NCBI GenBank assembly: GCA_036630325.1
Contig: CP142726.1
Location: forward strand, 186,001 to 250,000
Source of the DNA: Vairimorpha necatrix
Taxonomy: Eukaryota
Direction: 5' to 3'
DNA length: 64,000 nucleotides
Shown here: positions 23,964-36,369 of the stretch, piece after piece
Position numbering within the stretch: position 1 is the stretch's first letter
Layout of the letters: each line of letters opens with the position of its first letter
Notes under the pieces: generated by a model
The model's input: only the letters and a program-made list of their open reading frames with translations
Databases searched by the model: none
Told to the model about the DNA's origin: nothing
Made by a program: the position numbers and the translations under genes

Positions 23964-24656
23964 TTATTCTTTTACTAATTTTTTGCACCATAAAATCAAA
24001 TTTAGTATCATCGCAATAAAATAAGAAAAAATAAAACTTGCTTTCTTTTCCTTTTTTTCATAAAGACAAATTTGATTCTTTCTAGAGGGACAAATTTGTG
24101 TCTTTCCATACAAACTAATTTGATTTTTTTTATATAAACATATTACATTTTTTTCAGAGAGATGTTTTTGTCTCTTTCCATAGAGACAAATTTGTGGCTT
24201 TTCATACAAACACATCTGAACTTTTTCATACAAACATATTTGATTTTTTTTATAAAGACAAATTTGGATATTTTCATGAAGATACATTTGATTCTGTTTA
24301 TATTGACTAATAATTTTTTGTTTCTGTATATGTATTTTCTGATTAAACACATCTAACTCTTTCGACTTCACAGTTGCTGTAATGGTTCTGTGATTATTGT
24401 TGGTTTTTAGATTACTATTTTGCAACGTGTACCCATCACTAATATCGGCCCTTTTCTCATAATATCTTACATTCATTCTCAACATTTCGAGCCTTCCTGT
24501 ATAAAAATTCGTGCCGTACATCTTGCTATCTAATTTATTTCGTCTGATATTTTCCAATTTTTGTTTAAAAAACATCATTTCATTGATTTGTTCGCTAATA
24601 AGTAAAACTTCTCTAGTTCTCCAGAAGTTCATAGCAGAGTAAAAAGTTTTATTCAT
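23964..24656 (-). CDS. Hypothetical protein with ~10 Cys-containing octapeptide repeats (QICLYEKN-like) and a C-terminal hydrophobic anchor
   Basis: 24-bp repeats at about 24055-24290; terminal ASFIFSYFIAMILNLILW; paralogue at 32589. Confidence 0.7.
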   Translation of the reverse strand: MNKTFYSAMNFWRTREVLLISEQINEMMFFKQKLENIRRNKLDSKMYGTNFYTGRLEMLRMNVRYYEKRADISDGYTLQNSNLKTNNNHRTITATVKSKELDVFNQKIHIQKQKIISQYKQNQMYLHENIQICLYKKNQICLYEKVQMCLYEKPQICLYGKRQKHLSEKNVICLYKKNQISLYGKTQICPSRKNQICLYEKKEKKASFIFSYFIAMILNLILWCKKLVKE

Positions 24657-27600
24657 TGTTTGTTTACATTTAATTTATTTTTATATTTATAATTTAAAAC
24701 AACAAATTTTTTTGAAAAATTTGTTTGCTCAATTTAGTGTGTTTGTACAACAAATAAAGTGAATATAATTTTTTATATGTTTTTAGAGATAATAATTAAT
24801 ATATCAAACCCCAATGGTAATTTTAGATTTTTACATGTAAATTTTTTATTAACATTATCTTTGTAAAGATTTTGATAATTTTTTGTTCAGAAAATAGTTA
24901 ATATGTTTATGCACTAATTTATTATTGGGCTGTTAAGTAATATAAAAAAACAATATTTACATTTTTAAAAATACCTAGGGGAACTCGCGTCTTAACATCA
25001 AAAACATACTGTTTATACGCAAAAAACATGATTCTATTCACTACATGTGTATTTTTGTTTTTATTAGTAAAACATTGTTTTTTTCAAATCGAATATATGG
25101 TCTTCCATGATATTCAAAAGCAAATATAAAAATTAATTTGGGGCATCACAAGTCATTTAAGTCTAATTGATATATTTCCCATAAAAAATGAGGAATTTTC
25201 AACACCCTTAGAAATATGTTATGTTGTTAATTGTTTACATCAACGCTTGATTATTGCAGTCTGGCTAGTATCATGGCGTCAAATTAAAAATTATATTAAA
25301 ATAAGCTGATAGTCAAGTTGATCAAGGACTCTAGAATTTGTAACGTGCAATCTAATTAAAAAAAACAACATACAGACTATACAATACTTGCTTGTATTTG
25401 AATGTATAATGTTCTTTGCGAGGCTCAGTTAAAAAATAGTTCAAAAAATAAACAATGCTTCTCAAATTATTTATAATATGATATAAATAAGTGTGTTGTG
25501 AAAATAATTTCAACAAATTGTTAAGTTGGACAAAGTTCAATGAAATTTGAAATTTTTGATGTATTGGAATGTCAAAGATCGAAAACAACATAATTATAGA
25601 AGTGTTTGGGTGTTTTTTGGTTATATCTCGTTTGTTGTTATTCCTATGCAGATTTGTTTCTTATCATTTAAAAAAAATAAATAATTTTAGTTGATGTTTA
25701 AAGTTTTAATTAATTAAAGATGTACTTTTTGAATGAAGTAACTTGTAAGCAATCGTGAATTGCATTATACTTCTAAGAATGTGCCAATTAATTTATTTGA
25801 GCATGACGAGGAATTTACTGTAAATTGATTTTTAGATGCAAATCTAAAAATCAAAATGATATTCATTACTTATATGTGTATTTTTAGTTTAAGGTAACAA
25901 ATTATAATTGTAACAAACGCATTGAATTTTATGAATTACTGCAAAAAGAATGTTTAATGCATTATATCAAATTTATCCCATTAAACCATATAAATAATTT
26001 CAATACGCAGAACAATTAGAGTAATAAAATAGTATTTCACTTTGATAAATTAATTTTTTTAAATACTAATCTGTAAACATTCATTTTTCAATTTTGACAT
26101 ACTTTCGCAAACCTTATAGTCAAAATCATCGTTTGTCTTTGGTTCGCGGCATCATTTTCCTCTGTAAATTTTCGCCGTCTTCTATATACCAAGAATAATT
26201 TTAAATGTATTCTTTAGGGATAGAAATAAGGACAATGCTTTAAATTCATTCCATATGTTTTTTTTCGACTAATTTTATATAATAAATATTTAGTAACAAA
26301 TATGTTTTTTAATTAATATTATCACGGATCTTTTTTTTTGCAAGATGCTGATCATTTATATTTAGTGAAAGTGAAAAGAGATTATATGTGTTTTAAAACT
26401 TCATTGTTCCAAGCAATGACCAATGTTATAACAAAGAGAATCAATATTATATTCTGTGATGGAAATCTTTTTGTAACTTTTCTGATCTAAAATTATGCTT
26501 TTGTAAGATATAATATACATTTATAAAGTATTTTTTTGTTTTTTTCTTTATTTTGTTTTGCTAAATTTATTTAAATTTTTTGCTAAAATATAAAAATGAT
26601 GTCAAAGGGGTATTTCTTAATATTTAATTTGTTTTTTAATTAACAAAGTGATTTAAGTAAACAAGTAAATCTAAAAAAAAATTATCCCCAAAAAAACTTG
26701 TAAAGTTTCGAATTGATGATAAATTTGATGGAAACATTAACAGCGTCATTGCAGAGGGTACATGCATATGATTACTAGATGATATATTAAGGCCATGGGA
26801 AGACGTGGTGTTATATCTAATTCTACAAAAATTAAGTCGTGGTAAAGTTTTAAATTAATTATAGAAAAGGACAATGTATATGGCCAAGGTAATCGTTTAG
26901 GTACAAAGGTATCATTTTCAAATAAGCCACCATTCCCAATATCGAAGGTAGAACTTGTGGTGAATACACAATGTGCATAAGAGATTGTTTATATAACTAT
27001 AATAATGCGGACCCCAATACAACAGTCATGAAATAGAATATTATCGTTCAGTCATGTCAAAGCATTAAGATTGAAGATCTAAAGCCACGTTGAGGAATGC
27101 TCAATAAAAATATGTACTGATGTTGTCTCACCAACAAGAAATTTAAGAGTCCATATTCGTATGATAGGATCTAAAATACAAGTAATATTGAAGTATGAAT
27201 AGACAACATTTATGTTATTATGTGTTAAACACAAGAAATAAAGTCATAGACTATATAAAAAACGCAAAAAGTATTTTGAAGGTCATAAAACAGAAGCCGA
27301 ATGTATTGTCTTATTCAAGAATCTTGCCACGTCCCCACGATGAAGATTAAAGTCAACGTCGGCCTTTCTAGGAGGTTGTGCAGTAAACAGATAAGATAAA
27401 AAACATTAACAAAATAGTAAAAGAAATTTCGTCGATTTTTATATTAATATGTCAAGCTGGAATTATTGATTGTAAACAATTTTGTTATAAGAATAAATGA
27501 TATTATTATAAAAAAGCCATTTTATGATAGTAACCATAGACGGATCATTATTATTATTGCATATATTGATATGGCAAAAGGTCATGTTATAAAAATGTTT

Positions 27601-29947
27601 TTTTTTATTGAGGAATACGATAGCTTAATACAAGCTCTAAATCATCATCAGACAAGAAAATTTTTAGCTCCGAAAAAAAACATTACTGAGATAGATAATT
27701 GTTAATTCCTCCAAAAAAGAATGTAAAAAATTGTATCAAAAAATTGTTACTTAAATTAAAAAAGAAAAAACAAAACTAATAAATTATTTTTGAATATATT
27801 TGAATACAAGCAAGTCAAATGTATTAGTATTATATTAGTGTAAAATGAACAATTTAATCAACTTGCAAAAATTTACCTTTTTATTGATAATTGTGATGTA
27901 TACCAATAGAAGTTTTTTAGAAAATTGTATGATACATATCTATGTTATAAAATTCCACAAAACTCAGTTACAAGTATCGTGTATCAATTTGTCTATATAC
28001 AACTGGAATATTTTTTTAGGACTTTCATAAAAATATGCACAAGGTAATAATAACAGATAAAATCGTTGTTGTTAAGGGAATAATTAATAAAAATAAGGGG
28101 AGGCCATAGCTACATCTCACGAATAAATCGAATAAATACTAATGCAATATTTTTTTTGATAATAAACAGAGCGACATTTTTTTACCCTCAGATTTAATAA
28201 AAAATATTACAATTTAAATACAATATTATGATTAATAATATGTATACCATGATTATTGTAGTATGGAGGTTAAAATTACCATTTACAAATGTAAAATTAT
28301 TATAATCCATAAAAATTTTCGTTGAGGTTATTTATCACAATACCGACCAATATTAAAACAGATTAATAGAATAAAATATCTTGAAAATTTTCCCTTTTAG
28401 GGATTAGGCTCAAAACATCTATCGAATGTTCTTTTTTTTTGATTTTTAGCTCATTTCCCCCTCCTTTGTCAAAAACGTAGATTTTTACCATGCTTGTAGC
28501 TCTTATATTGATTTGTATCCATTCCTAAAAACCATAATCTTATATTTGTCATCAAACAATCGAACATGCTCAAAAATTTATTTATTTTTCATTCATGAGT
28601 CGGTAATCAATAGATTATTGAGTATATACAAACTAAAATTTCTTGGGGCTTTGTAATTAGATCCTCTATAAAAAAGTTATACGCTTAGTTTTAATTCAAA
28701 ATCCGTATATATTTTTTTACTAATAATCCTTTTATTTATGTTACCATCAATATTACCTTTATAATTTTCATTTTATGGAATTATTTTGTCCTGTTATATA
28801 TCTTACTGTGTATGTTTTCCCTTAATACTAGCCTCCGAAAAACAGAAAATGTGATTTTGAGTCTTTTTTAGCCTAAAATGTATTTTTACTTTCAAAGAAA
28901 CAATAAATCAATAAATAGACTCAAACAATAAAACGAATAATTTTTTTTAACAAAAAAATCATAAAAATTTTTAGGATAAAATTTTAGATTTTTCACTTTT
29001 AAAATATAAATTATCACATTTCAAGAAGGAAGGTAAAAGTTACGTAGACAAATTTAATGCAAATAATTCATTTTAGGTTCTGATAAATGTTATCTAATAG
29101 GACAAAGTGTTTTCTGCCTTAAAAAAACCAAATATAATTGTCAGTATTTAATGTGTAAAAAATTATTTCTTCAGATTGGACCAACCAGTATTTTGATTCT
29201 ATCAAAATTCGCCAAAAACACCAATTATTTTTGAATTCTAGACAGAACGAAAGATAATAACAAGTCTAAATATTACTTGAAATGTCACATAATTAAAGAA
29301 AATTAAAAAAACATCCAAAATATTTTCTTATTCCCAAAAACTTTAGACATAATTTAAACCAATCCAACCCGTATGCTAAATAAATATTTATATTTGTTTT
29401 TTCTTTTGGGATCATTTAAAGTGTTGTGATCAATAATTTACTTACAACCAGCGAAATAAAGTTTACATGTGTTATAAAGCTAATAACATAGCTAGATCAT
29501 TTACATAAGTATATTAAATTTATTATTAGAATTGTAAACTGCGTAAACCATATTCTTCCTACGCCTTAATAGCACCTTATAATCATTTGCTTTTAAAGAT
29601 GAAAACGATGTCCATTATTACATGAAAAAAAACCATCTTGTGAATGTTTAATTGATATAATCAAATATCTATAGTTCTTATACCAACGTTTGAGTCGCAG
29701 ATTGCATATAATTTTGAATTACAGTATTTTATAAATGCCTATGTTGTTCTAGACGCTTCCGAAATCTGTTACCTGCACATAAATTAGTGATAATATAGAT
29801 CAAAATATGAAAATAAAATTTACATTATACGTTTTATAAATATAATAAAAGCAAAAAAAATCAAGCAAATCAAAATTAATGAAATTGAGTCTAGAATGAT
29901 TACTTGTACAAATAAATTTATGCATAAAACAAACGATGAAAAATATT

Positions 29948-31565
29948 GGTACCCGGTCTTTTCGTCCCGGTCATAGGGGTTAAAAAAATTAAAAAATAAA
30001 AAAAACGAACTTTTTTATTTTTTAATTTTTTACCCCTATGACCGGGACGAAAAGGATAATCAAAAGCAAAAGAAATATGGACCAAATAATAGATGAAAAT
30101 CTATATATTTACGAGAAAAAAAGAATCAACAATACTACTATAAAGTGGCGCTGCATTGTACGAAGCTGTAATGCCAAGGCCATTAGTAGTATTGTTTACG
30201 TCAATAATCTCGAATCCTTTATTATTTCTTCGCCTCATAATCATGAACCAAATCCTGAACAGGTCTGTAGGAAGAATAAAATAGATAAAATGAAACGGGA
30301 AATTATCTCTGGCAAAGATTCTCCTAGAAACATTTTTTTTTCTTCCTTAAGAGGAGCTGGTGAAGAAACAATCGCCGCAATAGGCCCTATTGAGCCTATT
30401 ACGAGAATATTAAGGAAAGCTAGGCTAAATTTCTTTAATCCAAAACCATACGCCAACCAAACATTGGGTTTATGTGCTGATTTATTAATCAGTCATACAG
30501 GCGAACAATGGTATCGATATGGGCCTGAAAATTACGGGAGTGATAAACCCAATGACAGTATAATAGTTTTTTATACAGATTCGGCCATGGAAAAACTGGC
30601 TCTATATGACATGTGGGCGATGGATGGGACCTTTACGGTGGTTCCAATTCCATATTATCAACTTTACACAATTAGTTTTATCCGTGAAGCGCATGTATTT
30701 CCGATTATATTTGCAATTTTAAAAGATAAAAGTTTCGAAACCTATTTTTTTTTGTTTCAAATGTTAAAGAGAAGGTTTCCAGAGCTCAACCCAAGGTTGA
30801 TAAAAACCGATTTTGAGTATGCTGCGATAAGAGCATTTTCAATAATTTTCCCGGATTGTCAAATTTCGGGTTGTCTTTTTCACTTGGCCCAGGCTATTGA
30901 TAGACGTGTTAAAAGTTCAGGACTTTCTTCTGTTTACACATGTTCACCTATGGTGAAAAAATTTGTTTTGTCTCTTACGGCACTTGCATATGTTGAATAT
31001 GACGAAATATTGTCTACTTTTTTGGAATTAAAACAAGACAGAAATTTCCCTGAATGCTTGACTGAGTTATATGCCTATTTCTTTACAAATTATATTGATT
31101 TAGGATGTCGTTTTCCGCCGAATTTGTGGCATACGAGAAATAATATGGATATAGATTTTCCAAGAACTAATAATGCGATTGAAGGTTGGCATAATACCTT
31201 TAAAAACACATTTGGTACAAGTAGATACAGTTTTTATCTATTAGTGAGCAAATTAAAGGATGAAGAAGATATAGTGCGAATCAAGATAATCCAACAAACA
31301 ATTTTAAATCATGTTTTTGAACGTAAACAAAAATACATTGAAAAAGAGATTCGGCTAGCTGATTTTTTGAATAAAACTGTGGATGAAGGGTTTGGTTTAG
31401 ATTTTGTCTTTGAAATTATTGAAATATTAAAGTTTTATTTTTAAATTTTTTTCGGAATTTTCGTCCCGGTGGTAGGGGTTAAAAAAATAAAAAAATAAAA
31501 AAACCGAGATTTTTTATTTTTTTATTTTTTTAACCCCTACCACCGGGACGAAAATTCCGGTCACC
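29948..31565 (+). mobile_element. Complete Mutator-like (MULE) DNA transposon, 1618 bp, with a perfect 9-bp TSD
   Basis: AAAAATATT at 29939-29947 and 31566-31574; GG...CC termini; ~110-bp TIRs; intact transposase. Confidence 0.95.
30038..31444 (+). CDS. MULE transposase (FLYWCH/GCM1-like Zn finger plus DDE domain)
   Basis: WRC-x4-C...HNH; WAMDGTF; TDFE; GCLFHLAQA; RTNNAIEGWH; uninterrupted 468 aa. Confidence 0.95.
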   Translation: MTGTKRIIKSKRNMDQIIDENLYIYEKKRINNTTIKWRCIVRSCNAKAISSIVYVNNLESFIISSPHNHEPNPEQVCRKNKIDKMKREIISGKDSPRNIFFSSLRGAGEETIAAIGPIEPITRILRKARLNFFNPKPYANQTLGLCADLLISHTGEQWYRYGPENYGSDKPNDSIIVFYTDSAMEKLALYDMWAMDGTFTVVPIPYYQLYTISFIREAHVFPIIFAILKDKSFETYFFLFQMLKRRFPELNPRLIKTDFEYAAIRAFSIIFPDCQISGCLFHLAQAIDRRVKSSGLSSVYTCSPMVKKFVLSLTALAYVEYDEILSTFLELKQDRNFPECLTELYAYFFTNYIDLGCRFPPNLWHTRNNMDIDFPRTNNAIEGWHNTFKNTFGTSRYSFYLLVSKLKDEEDIVRIKIIQQTILNHVFERKQKYIEKEIRLADFLNKTVDEGFGLDFVFEIIEILKFYF

Positions 31566-32588
31566 AAAAATATTATACATTTGATTACGAATTTTAATTA
31601 TAATTAAATTTAAAATTTTCTACAACTTTAAAAAAAAAACAATTACTATAAGACGTTACATATAACCTAATGTCGGAAAATTGATGGTTGGTTCATGTAA
31701 AATTTTTTTCATAATAATTGTAACTCTAGTTACCAATCATTGCTCTTAATCAGATATCAAACTGTACCACCACAAGCTGGTCCAATCAAATAAGGTTATC
31801 ACAAAATCCGATTTCAAACTTTTATATAAAAGCAAAAGTTCTTTAAAAAATATGCAATTTCGTACTGTCTCGTCTACTATTTAAAAGAATAATAACTCGT
31901 ATTTGTTTTAATACAAATCACTAAAACAAAAGAAAAATTACAAAATCTAATAAAATATATGTTAAATTTAAAGCTCAAACACAATGACTAAAAAAAATGA
32001 TAGTTATATAGTATTTTTATGGGTCACCATTCCAAGTTTTTGGCAAGCTTTTTCCGTATCAAATATAACTAATTGATTATTTCAACATATTTTTATCGAA
32101 AATTACACATTTTTGTTTGCGTTAAAACTTTTAACGACCAAATTTTTTGAATAGTAGCAAAGGAGAATTGCAAATAAATTTAATTCAGCTGTTTATATTT
32201 GAACTTTCGGAATCTGTTATGTTTTAATATAGAATATATTGACCCTAATTTTAAAAAATGCACAGTTGATTGCTGAAGTATCATAATAGTATCAATAAAG
32301 CCTTTAAAAATATTTAAACAAAAACTTAGTATATAAATTACAAAAAAAAAGAATAAAAGGTGTTATATCTCGTAACAGAGTATTAATGCCATTCATAAAT
32401 TAATTTTTTTTAATTCGTTATTTTAACGAATTTTTTTTATATTTTATTTTGTCACTGTAATATATAATAGTTTATTTTTATTCACTTTGTTTGTTCTACA
32501 AACACATTAAAATGAGTATACAAAATTTTATAAAAAAATTTGTTGTTTTAAATTATAAATATAAAAATAAATTAAATATAAACAAACA

Positions 32589-33089
32589 ATGAAAGAAACT
32601 TTTTACTCTGCGATAAACTTTATGAGATATAGAGAAGTTGCCATTAGCCAACAAATCAATGAAATGATATTATGAAACAAAAATAGAAAATATCAGACGA
32701 AATAAATTAGATAGCAAAATGGACGGCTCGAATTTATATACAGGAAGGCTCGAAATGATGAAAATGAATGTAAGATATTTTGAGAAAGGGTCGAATATTA
32801 GTAACAAGTACTGCCTACTAAAAAAAAATCAATAGACATAACAGACTTCATAAAGAAAAACCCAAGTCAAAAGAGCTAGACAATTACAATCAGAACATTC
32901 CGGGCCGCCACTAAACTTAATTTGTTTGTATGAAAATATTAATAGATCTTTGTATAAAAAAGATCAAATTTGGCTCTACGAAAAGCATCAAATTTGTTTG
33001 TATCAAAAGAAAATCGAATATTTGTTTTCTTATTTCATTGCATAGATACTATCTTTATTTTAAGGTTCAAAAAATTAGTAAAAGAATAA
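32589..33089 (+). pseudogene. Pseudogenised inverted paralogue of the 23964-24656 octapeptide-repeat gene
   Basis: MKETFYSAINFMRYREVAISQQINEMIL* followed by frameshifted ENIRRNKLDSKM...LYTGRLEM; same terminal aaattagtaaaagaataa; ~110 bp of upstream sequence is also conserved. Confidence 0.85.
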
Positions 33090-33280
33090 TTCATTTGATT
33101 ACATTAATGTTTTATATTGCTCTTAAATTTTATTGACATTTTTGATGTGATAAATGATATTCTTTCTTTTACATCATATTTCACATTAAGCAATTTAATG
33201 TATTTACAACCATTAGAATGTTTTAAATATTATCACAAGTAATTTCTAATAATTATTTGAAAGTCAGTATTTAATATATT

Positions 33281-33863
33281 GGTACATGGCCGTTTGGGAC
33301 CTACAAAAAATTTAAAAAAAGACAAAAATAAAAAAGAGACTTATAATTTAATATGAATAATAAAAGAAGATAGGTTATATTTCGATTTTTTGGTATTTGT
33401 TATAAGTAGAACAACTGTAAAAAATCCTCATAGAGTTCGGCCTGATTTATTCATGTTTAGACCAAATATCTTATTTGGAAAGAAATCGAACCCCCTCAAG
33501 TTGTTTGATATTGTGTCTCGGGATACTTAAGTTTACGAATTTGATGACATGCCATACAAAACTGTGCTTTATCTCTGTGGTTTGTTCAATGCGGCATCAT
33601 TTGCTCTCCACTGATCAGTGATTAAAATAGAACTAAGTGATATGTTTTTTTTTAACACTAGAAGAATAGCCTCATTTCTACTATGCACAGGACAAGTAAG
33701 GCATATGCTGATTATGCAATATTCAATTTATTAAAAATGAACTTTGAATACATACATATTAAAAAAACACACTGTTTTAACAAACTTTGTTCTTATCAAT
33801 ATTATCATTTTTATATAGGAGGCGTTTTAAATTTTCATTGCGGGCTACAAACGGTCATGTACC
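33281..33863 (-). mobile_element. Non-autonomous Merlin deletion derivative, copy 2 (same family as 22955-23579)
   Basis: TIRs ggtacatggccgtttg / caaacggtcatgtacc; internal alignment to copy 1 (e.g. cacaggacaagtaaggc); minus-strand SILITDQWRA remnant; no clear TSD. Confidence 0.75.
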
Positions 33864-34329
33864 CATTTTTCGCCTATTACTTTTGTTGATGAAATAAATA
33901 TATAAATTTTATTTAAAATTGTTACGGAAGGAGAGCTGGTTATTAAAGAAGGCCTTTTCAGATCAAGAACTATATTTATTTAGCATTTTATTCTATTAAA
34001 GATTTCTTAAGCAGTTTATCTTGAACTGAAACAAGTATGTTTCAGATCATTATATTTCGTTTCAAAATAAAGTTTCAGTCTGATCATTAGCGTGTGCAAC
34101 AGAGCCAGTAACAAAAATCTTCATAAAACTTATACTAAAACTACAGTTTAAAGTATTATGAAACGTCTTATATGAGATTTATAAGCATGAATATTCTCTT
34201 AATGTTATTTTTAAAGGAATATCTTAATAAAGCACTATTGATTTGATTTATTTGCTTCTTGTGTGGTATTTATAAAAGCATATATACCTAATCATTTTTA
34301 TATTGCTTATCAAATATTTTTTATTATCA

Positions 34330-34698
34330 TTGAAAAATACTTAAAGTATAAATTTTAGGAAAAAAATCAAAATCAGAACTAATTTGTCTATCTTGATGAC
34401 AAATATGTTTGGTAGATTTATCATTTAAAGAAAAAATTTTTAAGTAGGATTATATTTATAATAAAAATACTGTAAAATTCCTGCTAATCTCCTAAACCAT
34501 TTTTGAGTCTTTTGATTAAAGCTTTGTGGATCCATAAGCACACAGTCTATCATGTATAAAATTGTCACTGCTACTAACTTTTGATGCTTTGATAATGTGT
34601 TCATCTTCATGTGACAATCCTCTGGCCATAAACAGATCATTTTTAAAATGTTTCATGTAAAATTGTACGTACAGCTTTACTAAAAATATAAAAAGCAT
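34330..34698 (-). pseudogene. Ricin-B-lectin pseudogene of the 43987/50033 subfamily
   Basis: MLFIFLVKLYVQFYMKHFKNDLFM matches MILxFLCxTLQFYIKHLNEDRF; a later remnant PNIFVIK matches PKTFVIK; stops and frameshifts; 3' limit approximate. Confidence 0.65.
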
Positions 34699-35808
34699 GG
34701 TTTTACGAAAAATGTATGTTTATATAAGTTATAAACTCAATTGTCAATTTTGTAAATAAAATTTTAAATTATAATTTCAAGTTATCCCTGTAATACTTAA
34801 CGTATCAAAGTTTAGTAATTTTGTTTAATGAAATGAATTATAAAATGCCTAGAACTATATTTTGTTTTGCAAATTGTTTATATTAATATGATTTGATCTT
34901 ATAAAAATCAAAATATTTGTTGGAAAAATATTAACCTTACTGAAAATTATAGATATTTCGTTTTTAAGATGTAATTTGGTCTTTGAAATGGATTTTTGTG
35001 CGTTGTTTTTTTGTATAATTTAATATATTTATAGTGGACAATTTGCAACGCTATGAACCAATGATAAATAATAAAACATCTGTAACATTCTTTTTCAAAC
35101 TAAATTATTGTGGAACTTAAAAAAAACATAATCTTATTAAAATAATACAATACGATGCAAAAGCAGATAATAAGTTGAATTAGTGTATTTTATAATGTTT
35201 AATGTAAAACTTGTAATTTTAAGATTTTTTAAAATAAATAAAATCTGTGTATAAATAAAAGTAAAATGATAACACAAGTTTTGATGATAAATTCATGGTT
35301 TTTTAAATTTTTTTAGATCATTATTATCTTATTTTTAATGTGAAATAATAGTCACGTCCAAAAAAAAATTCTTGGAATAGAATATTGTTGTAAAGTATTG
35401 TTTTTGTGCATCAATCGTAATATATATGGAAGAAAATACAAATTTTATAAATAAACTATCAAATATCTCTTTGAGGTAAATAATATGTTATAGAAAATAT
35501 TTTATTCATAAACTATATTTAAATATATATATAAAATATCCTTTTGAATTTTCCCAAATAAATTCTTATTGTAATAAACCCATTCTAACTGATTTATTTG
35601 CATTGTTTAATAACAAATTATGCTAGGGAAAATTATTGAGTAAAAACAATATAAACAAATAAAATAAGCTGTATTTTTTTTCTTTTACAAAAGAATATAT
35701 ATGCTTTCTTATGCCACTTTTTATATACATGAAACAAAATGTTATAGATATTTCAGCATCAAGTTTATTTGTCACTCAATATAACTAAAAATTTTACTTT
35801 AATAAAAT

Positions 35809-36369
35809 ATGAATAGTATTATCATACTTTTTTTTCATTTTATTAGTTCATATCTAGTATCATTTACTAACGTAAAGTCGGGGTTAAGTATGTGCTGCAA
35901 AAATGGTAAAGATATATATGGATGTTCTGAAAAAAGAGATATAATCCAAGCCGAAATAAGACACATTAAAAGTGGGTTGATGACTCTTTGGGCACCAAAA
36001 CACAACAATAGGGTATTTTTCCCAGAAGGATATCCAAATGTTCTAACCCTATGGGAAAACCATGCAGGTCTCCATACAGTGATTGATGTTGTGTGGTTTA
36101 AAGATGAAGAATATTTGATTATGCAAGGCAAGAAATGTTATGGATATAATGAAAAGAACAATAATTTTAATGAATCTAAATGTTTTCAGCCCGTCTCTTT
36201 GTTTAAGATAAAATTTGAAAATGATGAAAGGGATGATGTTGAAGAAGATTTTAACCCTTTTAAAGATCAAGAAGGAGTTAATTCTGCCGCTGTTCATGAA
36301 AACTGGCCTTTCGAACATGAAGACTCATCTTCTCATAAAAAAAGACAATATAATAAAATGGAACAATAA
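35809..36369 (+). CDS. Secreted ricin-B-lectin-like protein (RBL-4; paralogue of 50969-51529)
   Basis: Signal peptide; SGLSMCCKN...YGCSEK...GKKCYGYNEKNNNFNESKC. Confidence 0.72.
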   Translation: MNSIIILFFHFISSYLVSFTNVKSGLSMCCKNGKDIYGCSEKRDIIQAEIRHIKSGLMTLWAPKHNNRVFFPEGYPNVLTLWENHAGLHTVIDVVWFKDEEYLIMQGKKCYGYNEKNNNFNESKCFQPVSLFKIKFENDERDDVEEDFNPFKDQEGVNSAAVHENWPFEHEDSSSHKKRQYNKMEQ

